This document shows positions 12,186 through 24,820 of a stretch of 44,264 nucleotides of DNA, piece by piece. The stretch comes from Octopus bimaculoides (lineage: Eukaryota). Each line of letters opens with the position of its first letter. Position 1 is the first letter of the stretch. The notes beneath the pieces are model-generated. The model worked only from the letters and a program-made list of their open reading frames with translations, had not been told where the DNA came from and ran no database searches. Where the stretch lies: the NCBI RefSeq assembly GCF_001194135.2, contig NC_068985.1, positions 69,678,132 through 69,722,395 of the forward strand, in the 5' to 3' direction. Both the position numbers and the translations under genes were made by a program.

Positions 12186-15100
12186 TAGTAAGAGAGCCGT
12201 TCATGCCATCAGAGTGTCACTGGTGTAGAATATACGAAGCGCAGTATACCCATCATGACAACCCGTCTGATAAGGGTACACCAGGCACATGCATCACAAC
12301 CATATATGTGCGATATTGATCTCATATCAAAATAAACAGCGGACAATCTTGCAGGTGGGGCCCAGTTAGAGTTTTCTTCGGAATGAGTTACCCATTCCAT
12401 TCAAAAGTTCCCTGAATAAGGGTTGAAAAAGGATGTTGAACGAAACACCAATGTGTTCAGAGGTGAATTATCGAGACCCAAAAGAATTCATCTGAACACA
12501 TGACTATAATGCTCCCCCACTACTTCTTTTCGTGAAAAGAGGTGCACATAACGTCAGCCTCTAAGGAACATGCTCAACTAGTTAAGGTCAAACAGCTGAC
12601 AAACAAATCTATTGAGCAGAATATTCGCTTTAGACGATCTTCTATACTAAGACAAATCAATGTACCTGATAAAACTTCCAGTCAGTTAAGATCAGAAGCC
12701 ATGAATGCCACTGTCTGGTACTGTATCGCGTCAGTTTATATTTTCTTTCTATTTGTGAGGCGAGTTGTCTTTTGCTGTATTGGTTTTTGTATTATGTGTT
12801 GTCTGTGTAATGCAATGGGTATCTAGCCTGCAGGTGTAATTTATTTCATTGGATATCAGTTGCATAGAGTGCGTCTTGTCTTCCTGAAGTGTTTTGTTTA
12901 GGTCGCATTATTGGATTGATAGTGTCTTGCGTAGGATGTAGACTGTTCCTGGCAGGGCTATGTTTTGAATAGTGAGTAGTGATGAGGATTCAGATATAGC
13001 TTCTATCTTTTTATTATATGTTTTATCATGCTCAGACTTCATGCCCCACATCTTCAGCATTTCGATTTTGAGGTCGTTGTCCTTTGACAATTTCCCCACT
13101 TATTTTTGGAAATATTTTGGTTAGAAGGGATTACAATGTCCATCAGTAAGCAGTTGGTTTTTTTTTTACCAATCCTTGATTATTATGTCTGAATTCTTGG
13201 TTGGTTGAACCGACATATCCCAGCTGACTGTGGCCTGGTCATTGTCTTGTACCATGTTTAGCACATGTTTATACCCCCTATTGTCAGCTTTAATGTTGTA
13301 ATGTTGGCATGTTGTCCAGTGGATATAACTACTTACTCGGACATGTCTGTATATATATTCAGATTTAGAAAATACTGGACAGCCAGATCTAATTTGGTCA
13401 ACTCTCTGACTGTGCTAGTTTCACATTCTGCATTTGTTGTCTATATACACGACGTGTTGGTCTACTGCCGTTCTTTCACGTGTCGGCGTGGTAGTAACTG
13501 ATAGGTAGGCATTGATTTTGTGTTGCTATGATAAACCCTTCTGTTTCTAATTTTAAGCCAGAAGACACTTAACCATTGATGGATAAGGGCTTTTTCAACA
13601 TCGCATTATAAGCTATCGTTGGGTATTTGCCATTGAGATTTTTTTTCTTGGCATTTATCGGTAAAAATATTTCAGGCAGCAGTTTTAGCATCGGCTTCCA
13701 TACGCTTAGCTTTTTCTGTGTTTGTTTCCAGTTCGTCTAATTCTGGGATTTGTGGTATTTGGAAGTCATTTAGATATTCATTTGCCTGATTTGTTACTGA
13801 GTATGAAGCTTTTTGTTTTCATGCTTCAAGAAATGTTTAAAGATCCAGTCATCAGAGTTTTTCTGGTATGTTTTGAAGCCAATTGTGGCAATGTTCATTG
13901 TTAATTCAAGCTGTAAAAGTCCACAGATGCCCTCTTTTGTTGGCCGGTAACGTCGTTCTATATCTGCCTTAGGGTGGTGCATTCTATACATTGTCAACAA
14001 TTTTCGTATTTTGTCTGTCAAGATTACTTATTTCAGTAATTGACCAGTTAATGATATTGAAACTGTAAGTCAGGACCGGTATGGTTAAAGTATTGATCAC
14101 TTCAACCCTGTCTTTAGTATTGCCCTTACTCTACAATAACATTCTCTTCTGATCCTTTCCCTCATCACTGAATGTTTGATCCCATAACGTTCAAATACGC
14201 CTAGGTATATGTAGCTCTCCTCTGGTTCTAACTCTTTTATGACATTCTGTTGGTCAAAATTAACGTTGGATGTTACTGTCATTTTTTCTTGTGATAAAGG
14301 TAGCTTTTTTCACATTTATCGAGGCCAAGTTGCATCCTGATGTCATCACTAAATTGTTTAACAATTGCAAGTAAGCCATGTAGTTGTTGGACATTTTTTT
14401 TGTAAAAAAGCTTTACATCATCCATGTAAAAGATATGGTTTATATTTTCATCAAACATTTTATAGACATATTGTGCATCATCAGGCAATGTCGTGAGAGG
14501 TATTAAGGCTAAACAAAAGTGGAGTGGTGATAGTGAGTCACCCTGGAAAATGCCATATGAAATTGTCACATCTCCAGCATTGAGAGATTCACAGTCACCG
14601 TTCAAAATCAGTGTGGTTCACCATGTTTTCATACTTACAGGCAGGAAGTTTTGTAGAGTAGGTGCTATTTTATACATTCCCAGACATTTCTTAATCTAGC
14701 TATTTGGTAGACTATCAAAATCTTTTTGATAGTCTACTCAGGTTATTGACAAGTTATGTTGACCAAAACCACTTCAGCTAGTAGCCTTGGATTCCGTTTG
14801 GTCCCGCCACTTTCAGGTTCGGGGCAGTTTTGATGTTTGTACAATTACAGCCCTGCGTACATCCTCCTTTCGTGGAGCCTCCGGGTGATGAATTTCGGAT
14901 CTTATGGATCAGTGGTTGTAGAAATCTTCTTGCTCCCACCACCACAGATATTATTCCAAAATTGGCGGCTTTACTCTGCTTTAGAAGGTACATTATCTTC
15001 TGTATCTCTTCCTCGGCTTTTAAAAAACTGCCTCTGGTTATTTGAGAATAACGTGTGTTGATGGAACTACGAATGTTTTTACCCGTACACAGTGTTTTTG

Positions 15101-16060
15101 TGCTTTGACAACAGTTTTGAAACCTTTTTATTCTATTGGACATTTTGGGTCACGATATGTCGTTGCACCATTTTTTTACCATTTAACATTTGCCGTTTCG
15201 ACCATTCTTCTATGCCACTCAGATCTTTGCGCAAAGTTTTGATATTGCCTTCAATTTTTCGCTTCCAGCCTGATTCTTTCTGTCTGTCTGATCTTCGCTC
15301 TTTCTTTCCAACCAGTTTACCTATTAAAAGTGAAGCGAATCTGATCAAATCCTTTGTTGTTGCTAGATCGTTTGTTACATAAGTATTTCAGAATCTCATC
15401 AAACTTTTGGGTCGCATGTTTTACATTGTTACGGTCGAAGCCTCTCAAAGTCCCCGGCTTAGTCTCTGTTCTTGTAACCATTATATTCTCGAGTTTTATC
15501 CTTAGGTTTCTCTGTTCATCAGTTATATCCTCTCATAATACAGGACGGCCTTTCCCCTACTACAACTTCACCTTGCATACGCATTGACTGGTCTTCACCT
15601 ACATTATCCTCTTCGAGGTTATCACCACTACGGAAGCTTTACCTGATTGTCTGAATCTGAGTTTCATTAAGAAAGCCTCTGTTCCAAATTATTCATATCT
15701 ATTTCATGAGCCCATTTTCAGTAATCTGGAACATGCGCAGCTGGTTGCATTGTTTTTATAATCTCCTTCCGACAGCTTTACATTTGCCACTAGTTTTGTC
15801 TAGCAAGGCTTGTTCATGGCACTTAGTTGCTTTTTTGCTCATATCGACAGAACACTTGTTTTTACAAGCACATCGCATATTTGACTAGTAAATGGACTAC
15901 GATTGGTTGGAGTCTGGTCTTCCATTCCATTGCTCTCTGAGGGATCCCTGCTCGTCGCGGGTGATCTGGTGTATTGGACATCTAGATGAATCTTCTCGTT
16001 CATGCCGTCAATTAAGTTGGAATTTTCTGTCATCATGCAAAGGTGCTAGGTGCAATTTAA
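12186..16060 (-). mobile_element. Near full-length, inactivated R4/Dong-clade RLE LINE
   Basis: RT motifs GIFQGDSLSPLHFCLALIPL and INHIFYMDDVKLF (14279-14605), YIYLGV and RVRAILKT. A decayed CR.C...SGCP zinc knuckle lies near 13390-13450. The C-terminus KIEMLKMW...LRKTLSIQ* ends at 12908, and about 720 bp of presumed 3' UTR runs into (ATA)n. There are many frameshifts and stops. Confidence 0.9.
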
Positions 16061-16199
16061 AAGAGATGTAACTACTCTTTCTATCACGCCAAATGATTTC
16101 TCAGACAGTCCATTACTCACTTGTAATCTTCTTCGGTGGACAGTCTCAGCGTATGAAAACCAAGATCGTTGTTTTAGACTTACTTCTGTAACCATGGTA

Positions 16200-16700
16200 A
16201 GTGATTTTTATCGTTGATTTTGTCAACGGGTTCAAAATGCTACTGAGGCACATTAAAAATACCTTTAACGCGTATGGGAAAACATGAGACACACGACTTG
16301 AGGGAAGAATTTTGGCACGATTGACGTGAGATTTTGGACTGAAGAAGCTATTAGGTCTCTTATCTATTTTCTTATGGAAAGGAAGTGTTTCGCTTGTTAA
16401 ACGGCCAGTCTACTGCAAGCACCGTCTGCTTGGCGTCTGATGCGCAAACAAACGCTGAAGTTGAGCCACATGCAACAATTTGTGGATGTTAAACGGTTGT
16501 TCTCTCAGTATGCCAGATACGTCTTTCCGTAACTCATCTTGGTGGAACCTAGAATGTCATCAGTTGCATAGTAGTCGAACAACTGCTGTCGTGTGTGGTT
16601 GGAGATAAGTCTATCGGCCGAGTCCTTATTGGTGATTGCTCCTCTGCGTGCTTTTAATCGGACTTTGGCACAGTGAAGGTGATATTCCCAACTGAAGAAA
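16200..16700 (+). mobile_element. Highly decayed RTE-clade LINE C-terminal fragment
   Basis: Broken-frame matches to the RTE post-RT region: RHIKNTFNAYGK, LLSIFLWKGS, VYCKHR, TNAEV, QIRLSVTHL, EQLL...GR. Confidence 0.45.
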
Positions 16701-17411
16701 GAGCAACAACATTGAAAACGAACAATCGTCAATAATTCCTACATACCTCGGTCGGAGTTGGTTAAAATAAAGGCCTCATAGGCACCAATATAAGTGGACA
16801 TCCAAGTGCGCAAAATAAGATAGTAAATTTGGTCAGGCATGGCATTGGAATTATTGATACAGGCGGATTAGGTGTACTGTAGCCATCCCTGATCTGACCA
16901 GACTCCCTTATTGTTTGTACACAGGTATTCCTAGTTGTCGAGGTCGAATGCATAGATGCGAGATTTGTGGAAAGAGATATCGCCTAAAGAACGTTTCCCC
17001 TATGCAAAAAAGAAAGCTCTCGCTGCTGCAGATATCTGTGGCACAACAGTACAAGCAGGAAAACAAACAACGAAGAGAAAAATGCAACAACTCAAACAAC
17101 ATCAGTGCCAAGCGCAGCAACATCTAAAACATCAGCATCAGAAGAAAGAGGGTGGGAAAGGGAGGTGCAGCCTCCCATTATGCTTGCTGAATGGTGGTGA
17201 AGGTGGAGTGCAGAAGATGGTCCGTGTAAATGGGCCTAATATGAGAATACGTCTGCAACAAGGAGGAGATGTGGAAGAAGTTTTATGGTTAAGTATAGGT
17301 GGAATTTTATTGTTTATATTTTGTTGCAAATTATTGTAGTTTTATTGTATATACGTATTGTTGCACTAAACCCCACTCAAAGCTTTTATTGTATCCTCGA
17401 TTTTTGTTAAA

Positions 17412-17416
17412 TTATG

Positions 17417-17460
<44 letters not shown>

Positions 17461-18148
17461 TATTATTATTATTATTATTATTATCATCATCATCATCAAT
17501 TCCAATCACTTTCATTCTTTAAAGTAGCATTTCGAGTGTCATGCCAACGAATTATTACAGGAATAATTGTTGTCTTGCTCTTCCACAATCTCCTCAGCAC
17601 TGGGTAGATCCTGTCTTTCTCATGTTTTTAGCGGTCTTTGGTATCGACTTTGAAATCATAGGAAATTCCAGTACTGATGATCATACGCTGTTTATTCTTA
17701 CTATAATGATACCTTCCCTTCTTACTTTAACAGTGTGGTAAATCTTTATGGGGAAATTCCTCAAGATCGTGTAATTATCACTTCCTCTCACAAAATCTGC
17801 TTCGTGTTCATACCATGTTTCTGCCGTTTTGAAACTACAAACTCCGCTAACGTCCCGATGCACTCTTCTACGCACACAGTCATGTCTACGCTTATACGCC
17901 TTTCGTATTAGTATACTGCACTCACTCAAAGGTGGTCGATACTTTCATCTCCATTATTGAAGATTTTACATTTGCTGTCTGATTGACTTTTGTTGATATC
18001 TGTCCTTCTCGGAATTGTTCTAAGGGCATGTGCGCAAACGGACACAATTAGCATTTCTGTCTGGTATTTGAAGTTCCCCAACGTAAACCAAAGCATGCAA
18101 AATTCTCGATTTGTTGCATGAATTGTCCACGGAATTCCATTTCTTGGT
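17412..18148 (-). mobile_element. R4/Dong LINE 3' part (zinc knuckle/RLE domain) with (ATA/ATG)n tail
   Basis: FRGQFMQQI, DSKC, IDHL.SECSILIRKAYKRRHDCVRRRVH...WYEH (ORF 17681-17929). The tail microsatellite is at 17412-17495. Confidence 0.82.
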
Positions 18149-18173
18149 ATTTATATTATATTATATTATATTA

Positions 18174-19366
18174 GTAGCAGCATAGCCCGGCGCTGTCCGG
18201 AATTAAGCTAGGATTATTAAGTGATCAAGTGCTTTATTTCAAACCAAAATAAGTAACATCCACATGAGCTTTGAGCGAAATCCGTTGAAATCGGTTAGAC
18301 TGAAATGGTCAGCTGGCAGTGTGATTGGAAAATCCCATAAGGAATCAGTTTATTGGTTATTTCCACTCATTGACTGTTTTTTTTTTTTTAAGTTGCATTA
18401 GAGATCTGCATAGGAGAAGGTTGATCTGAAGGTTTGCATTGGGGATCTGGATTGGAATAACTTAGGAAAACAGCCTTAAGCAAACAGCCTTAACCAAAAT
18501 ATAAGGGGCCTGTCCTTTCTAGGTTAACACTAACCCTAACCCTAAATCCTAACCCTAACACCAACCCTAATCCTAATCCTAACCCTAACACTAACCCTAA
18601 CACTAACCTTAACCTTAACCCTAATCCTAACCGTAAAACCCTAACCCTAACCGTAAAACCCTAACCCTAACCGTAACACCCTAGTGGAAATCGTGCGGGT
18701 GTTAATCTGAAAAATTACCAAACCCTTTTTGTGGTCCGAAAAACGGGTTGGGTGGGCTGGGGGTGACTGACAAATTGTTACATACCTCTTTGTTTCATAG
18801 TTGTTGTGAAATATAAACAAAACTCTTTCGCTCCCAAAGTAGTATATGTCCGTGTGTGTGTGAGAGTGAGAGGGGGGAGAAAGATGAACGATTTAGAATA
18901 GATAAATGATCTGTCTCCCTCTCCCACTTTTTCGTTGCTTTTTTTCTTTTTTTGGTAGACGCTGGCAAACAAACTCTGTCTTGGTTACAAAAGTTTTCTT
19001 TGCTTAGACGCTTTTTTTCTCCCTCTCCCACTTTTTTTGTTAGACGCTAGAAAACACTCTGTAACTCCCACTGTCACAAACACACCATTTCTCTCTCTCT
19101 CTCTTTCTCTTTGATGCACGTACGCATGTCAACAAACTTGGTAGAAGTTATGGTTGAGAATCGATTTTTACAGTTATACGCGGGTGCCTGTGAGAGAAAA
19201 AGTTGACGAAATGCAGATAGGATCATGACGAATCTCCTAAAATTGGTGCGACATGCGTACTAATTTGTGGACCTGTATAAACTATATTCACGTACACACA
19301 CACACACACACGCACACACACACACATACACACACACACACACAACTTGCCTAATATATATATGGA
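18174..19366 (-). mobile_element. Non-autonomous Helitron
   Basis: The minus strand starts A|TCcatatata at 19366. It ends with hairpin ccgg-acagcg-ccgg, then 9 nt, then CTAC|T (decayed CTAG). Both flanks are (TATTA)n, and there is an internal (CA)n. Confidence 0.68.
18525..18683. repeat. Interstitial degenerate telomere-like (CCCTAA)n array
   Basis: CCCTAA units mixed with CACTAA/TCCTAA/CCTTAA/CCGTAA variants, plus a 20-bp higher-order unit ccgtaaaaccctaaccctaa. Confidence 0.92.
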
Positions 19367-19380
19367 TATTATATTATATT

Positions 19381-20400
19381 TTTCTTTCTTTTCAGCTGTC
19401 TGGCTACCGAATGCATTCTTGTGCTGTACAAAATAATTTTTCAGAACCAGTATCGCAGACTAACAATGTCTTCTGCGTTTAGTAATCCTCTGCCACCTTC
19501 CTTATAGGTAGGCAGGGTAAGTTGGAAATACTTCAAGGGTGGAGTTCGTTGTGCACTGTGAGCAGCTTTGTACATTTCAGAATATCTTAATACGGGCATA
19601 ACGTATGTATTTTCCGCTTTGAGGATACTTCCTCCATTTATCTATTTTTTCAGAGCACCTGCCTATTTATCAACGTGTAATCTTTAGTGACTTTTCCTTT
19701 CATTTCCCTTTCGATCATCCTACCTACCTGCAGCACTCCTAGATTTTTCTATCCCTCGTAAATCCACAGCGATCTAATCTTGTGATAATGTTGTGCCATA
19801 AGAACATACCTTCCGGCCTGTCTTCATAAATACTCCTACACACTTATCTACTCCAAACTCCGTACCAGTATCTTCATCTAAAACTCTCACAGTTTGGATC
19901 AGAGACTTCAGGTGTGTTTCAGGTTTTGTATATAGCTTCAGGATATCCACAGTGTGTAGGTGATTTATTTTCATCTTAGTTTTGTTCAACTCAAGGACAG
20001 ACCTGAATTTTCCCAGTATACTTATCAGAGGGACTAGCACAATGAGAAAAAGTAACGGAGAGCGAATCACCTTGGAAAATGCCGCTGCATATTTTCTTCC
20101 GACATCCGTTTTCCTTCTGTGGCAATAAATTATCCTTTACCCCTAAATTGTACACTTCATGTGCTATGAAACAATTTACTGGTTTCCAGAGTAACAGTAA
20201 ATAAGTAATAAGTCTATAATTGTTGACTTCCCCTCTGTTTTCTTTGTCCTTCATCACCACTATCTTGTTTGCCAACATGTTGGTGCTCCATGTTGGCTTA
20301 GAATCGTAATTGATACAATAAGTGTTTCACAAATACTGATGAGTATGGATACAAAATATAGAGTCTCAAAGGAAATTAGGAAGTCTTAAGGATCAGGAAG
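19381..20400 (-). mobile_element. R4/Dong LINE RT fragment with internal deletion (5' part of the copy at 17412-18148)
   Basis: NYRLITYL..WK, KENGCRK directly fused to GIFQGDSLS, INHL..VDILKLY, EFGVDKC, and EGGRGLL near 19490. Confidence 0.82.
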
Positions 20401-21549
20401 GTACATCTGATCAACAATACTAATTAATATATGTACAAAAATAGATTCAAAATAGAGAGCAAAACCATTTCAAAATAACGGAGGTCAATAAGAAAGAATA
20501 TCTAAACCAGAAAACTATTAGTAAATTAGGAAGGCACGAAAAATATGAGTAGACGATACATTCCTTTAAGAAGGAGACTGATGGTAATCCAACTGGCCCT
20601 AATTGGTGTACACAAGATAAAATTATAACGGGAATAAAAAAAAAAAAACATTTATATAATTTTTGAGAAAAGTGACTAAAGTTAACATCGCAAGGGCATA
20701 TTCTATTACTATCAAACACATGATAAACGATATTAGGAGTATGAAAACATAGGACTCGGAATAGACGTTAGATCGTCATTATTTTGTATTTAATCAAAAT
20801 AGTGCTATCCTCTAAAGAAAGCATAAACAATACAATGTAGTGAACTCACCGCACTTAATGTGAATGTTATCTTATCAATCATCCTCTTGTATTGTTCTGA
20901 ATTGAAAATGTTGAAATCATCGTTTCCTTTGTTTCTATATTTGTTCTATCAACAACGCCCAAAAGTTGGTGAGGAATTCTGACCTTTTTGTCAACTTCGA
21001 TTTTTGTTTGTTTAGTATGTGTGTGGCAGTTCATTTATTCTTTTGGTTATCTGTAACGAATCACAAGTAACACCTCAAAATCTAATGGAATCTTTTCAAT
21101 CGTGTAAAATGGTAAATGTCTTCAGGTTAATACGTAACGCCAACAGAAAGATAAACGTAGCACCTGAATAAGCATTCACATTGTAATGGAGGTTAAAAAC
21201 TTTATGGTCATGGATATTAAGAATAAACTTAAATAGTATCTTATGAATATGAAAAATTCTTAACTAATGAACACGTGGTTTGCAGAAACATGCTGCGATG
21301 CATTAATAAACAACATGGTTTCCATCTGCAAATTATTTTCCTATTAAATATATATATGTGTATGTGTGTGTATGTGTATGTATATATGTAATATATGTAC
21401 GTATATATGTAAGCATACATGTATGTATACATATATATATAGATACATATACACATACATATGTGTGTGTGTGTGTGTGTAGTAACACAAAAGAAAGAAG
21501 TTCGATCATCGCAACGTGCTGAGTTGTAAAACAATCAATATATATATAA

Positions 21550-24430
21550 AATAAAAGGAAAATACACATTGTTTACATAGCTTTTAATATATAGTTTTAT
21601 ATACTTTATAGGGTTTGTCGACCGGTTTCGCTCACGCTAAACATGACATTGAAATTATTGTAATTTCGTACTTTGTTAAGAACGTTTTAGTCCATGTTGC
21701 GTGTGGAGAAGTTTATGAGTGTATTATTCAGCAGGTAGAAGAATTTAAGGAGAGTTAATTGGTGATCGTTATTATTGGGGACAAGGGTTAAGTATTCGTA
21801 TTTTGGGGAGGGTATATATAAATATACACAAAAAACTCAAAAGCTAAATTAGTGAGATGAAATATGCACAGTGATGGGTATGCGATCATAAATATAATAT
21901 ATACTGAAGTCAAAGTTGGTTATTCGTTCATATTTAGACATGTTCTGTATTTTTCGATGAACAAGTTCTTTTTTTTTAAATTTAAACGTTCTTGTATAGA
22001 AATTTTTCTTTGCAATGGTAGATGAGGAAAACTCGGAAGCACAGGTGAAGTTGGTTTTAATTGTGAACCTCTCTCCTTGTTTGAATAGGAATTCCCAGTT
22101 TTCTAGTAGGTTGGGACATGTTCCAAAGTTTGGGCGTCCACATTTTTTAAGCGTTGGTTTTGTTTGTTTTTTTTTTGTAAAGCTTCGCATTTTTTAATGT
22201 CTTTTTTAGCGGTTTGTGTTGTTTATCGCATTTGATGAATTTATGTGTTTCCAGAAAATTGTTCCTTTTTGGATGTCTAGTGAGCATAGCTGGATTTTGT
22301 ATAATAGTGTTCTGGGCCTTATTGTTACTAGTGTTGTCAGTTGATATATACAGTTGTGTTTTGAGATGAGGTGTGGTGTTACGCTTTGTTGCTCTTAGTA
22401 TTTTAATGTCTAATTTCTTAGCACACTTTATTCCATCGTCGATAAGTGAGGGTGGTTATTTACTTTCAGCTAGTGTTGTTCTGAGTTCTTGAAGACGACG
22501 CTCCCGAGTATTTCTATCAGACATTATTAGGAAAATCCTTTTTTCTAAATTAAATGGGATATTTCTTTTGATGTGTTTCGGGTGGCATGAACTAAAGAAG
22601 AGATATTGCTTCGTTTATGATAAAATGTCAGTTATAATTTGATTATTGATTTTTTAAAATCTTAATATCCAAGAAAGAGAAATGTTCTTTGCTATATTCC
22701 ATTTTCCATTGAATATTAGGGTTTATATTATTTAGTATTGATTTGGATTCCAAAAGTTTATCAGTGGTCTCCTTCCAAACGATAAAGCTGTCATCCATGT
22801 AGCTTTTTCAGTTCTCTCCTATATAATGGTGAAATGGATATCCATATTTTTGCAGTGACAGTTCATATATGGTGAATTGAAAATAACCCGTTATTAGGTT
22901 TGCAAAAACAGTGGCTGCTTTCGTTCACATCGCAATTTCGAATTTTTGACGATAGTAGTGTCATCAAATAGGAAATAATTGATCTGAAGTATAAATTTTA
23001 AAGATTCAATAGTAAAGACCTGGTTGATGCATTCCGGGAGTACTTCGAGGTACTTTTCCGACCAAACTTTTATTGCTTCTATATCATAGTCATGTGAGAT
23101 ATTGCTGTAGAGATTAATAACATCGAAAGAAACCAATAAATCTTCTACATTAGTTGTTTTTGGTAGGTGCTCTAGCATGTCTAGATCGTCTCTCATGAAA
23201 ATTTTTGATGTATTTCAGCAAGGGTTTCAGTATGATGTCTAGAAAATTATCTAGGCGGGTTTCACTGGCTGGGCCAGCTATAATGGTTCTTAAGTCTTTT
23301 GGCGCTTGAATATTTATGTATTTGCTTGATGATTGTTTGCTGGCTTCATTAACTATCATAATCTTACGTATTTAAGTAGGCCGTAAAAAAAAAAGACTTT
23401 TAAAGTTCGTGGTATAATCTATTTCTTTTTCTGACAGACATTTTCCCTGTTGAATTATAAAAGATGCAAGATTTTTCATTGTTTTTTTTTTCTTGTTTAT
23501 AGTTTACAACTTTTTCGTGGATAATGCTAGGTTTTTGTAGTATTCTGTTTCCATCAGAAATACCGCAGTTCTTTAGTGGTAATTTTTTTGTCGTTTTGTA
23601 CTTAATTAGATTTTTCCATTCTAGATTGTTGAGGTCCGAATTAATTTTTCGCTTCTGGAAAGTATTTAGAAAATTTTGGATATGGTTGCAAATAATTACT
23701 TCTGTTTTTTTCCAGTGATTCATCCACGTTGTTATAGCAAGTGCTTCTGGGGTCGTAGAATTCTGCTGAATTCCGAAATATTGTCTTTAATTTCATTCTG
23801 GTAAGATCTTCGCAGGGTTGAAATAAATTTTAATCCTTTAGCAAGTATACTGATTTTTGTTGCAGAGAGAGTTTTCTTTCATGAATTTATTACTTTGGGT
23901 TTCTCATGTATGTTATATTCCAACGTGTGATCCTGTTTCTCTCCACTCGATCTAAAATAATGTTTACTGTAATTCGGTTGGTAGAAGTTATCGGTGATAT
24001 TATTGTTATTAATTGTATCAGGATTGATTAGAGACTGGTGTTGCTGTATGGGTAAATTTGGTTGGAAGTACGTAGTTCGGGTTTCTTCGTCAGAAAAAAT
24101 TGTTGGCGTTTTAAATTATGTTTGAGACGATGCAGAGATGGTTTTGCTACCTGGGTAAATAGGTTGGAATTCCGTAGGGTGAGTTTCATCACTGAAGCGT
24201 AGAAGTCCCTTGAACGCTTCTAGTTGCTGGGGGAAAATAATTACTCCTAATCCTAGGTTGCTTTCTTCTAGTATTTCTTTTTAATGAGTTGTACCTATTA
24301 CTAGATTGAGAACGGTCTACTTCCAAGTGAGAATTTTGTTTTGTGTTTGTGTTCGTTTACGTGTTTAATGTTTGAGGTAATTGTACGTTTATTTATTTTT
24401 GTGGAAATATTTGTTCTAAATTTTTTTCGG
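21550..24430 (-). mobile_element. Near full-length decayed Penelope-like element (RT + GIY-YIG + pLTR)
   Basis: N-terminal ILAKGLKF, RT LLVSFDVINLYSNI and YMDDSFI (~22790), thumb KNIPFNL..RI...RERRLQELR, and Cys linker KCGRPNFGTCP...TNFTCASE. An internal deletion lies in the GIY-YIG. The 3' pLTR has an HHR relic. Confidence 0.9.
21616..21648 (-). ncRNA. Degenerate hammerhead ribozyme relic in PLE 3' pLTR
   Basis: The minus strand reads tgtc-ATGTTTA-gc gtga gc-GAAA-ccgGTC|gaca. Stem I is 4 bp and stem III is palindromic (accggt). The core is mutated from CUGANGA, so it is probably inactive. Confidence 0.5.
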
Positions 24431-24434
24431 GAAG

Positions 24435-24820
24435 GAGTTATCTGAAATGTGCAAAGAATCTATTTATATACAAGAACGTTTAAATAAAGAAAATGTGTTA
24501 ATCGTAAAATGCAGAACACGTCTAAATATTAACGAACAGCCAATTTTGATCTCAGTATGTATGTTAATTCATGATTACATACCCATCACTGTACATATTT
24601 CATCTCACTACTGTAAATTTTGAATGTTTGTGTATATTCATTTATCCCATCCCGAAAGATGAACCATTACCCCCACTGTCCACAATAATAACGATCACTC
24701 AATACGTCCCCTTAGATCTTTCTACTCCCTGAATCATTCATTCATAAAGTTCTTCACACACTAAGAAAAGACTGCTCTCAAGATGATTCAGAAAATGCCA
24801 GAACGTAAGCGAGCAGGACA
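24435..24820 (+). repeat. Inverted pLTR copy at the 5' end of the PLE
   Basis: 24450-24755 is the reverse complement of ~21700-22014 (for example catacccatcactgt.catatttcatctcacta and caataataacgatcac), roughly 70-75% identical by eye. Weaker similarity continues to ~24820. Confidence 0.85.

Noticed and set aside
16692-16735. CTGAAGA ... GAAA ... GTC hammerhead-like order
   Set aside because: No stem I, a 2-bp stem II and an extra A. It lies in decayed LINE sequence.
18525-18683. True telomere or chromosome-fusion scar
   Set aside because: The array is short, single-orientation, degenerate and embedded in a mobile element.
20336-20380. CTGATGA-gta tgga tac hairpin
   Set aside because: It is followed by AAAA rather than GAAA, has no stems I or III, and is antisense to LINE coding sequence.
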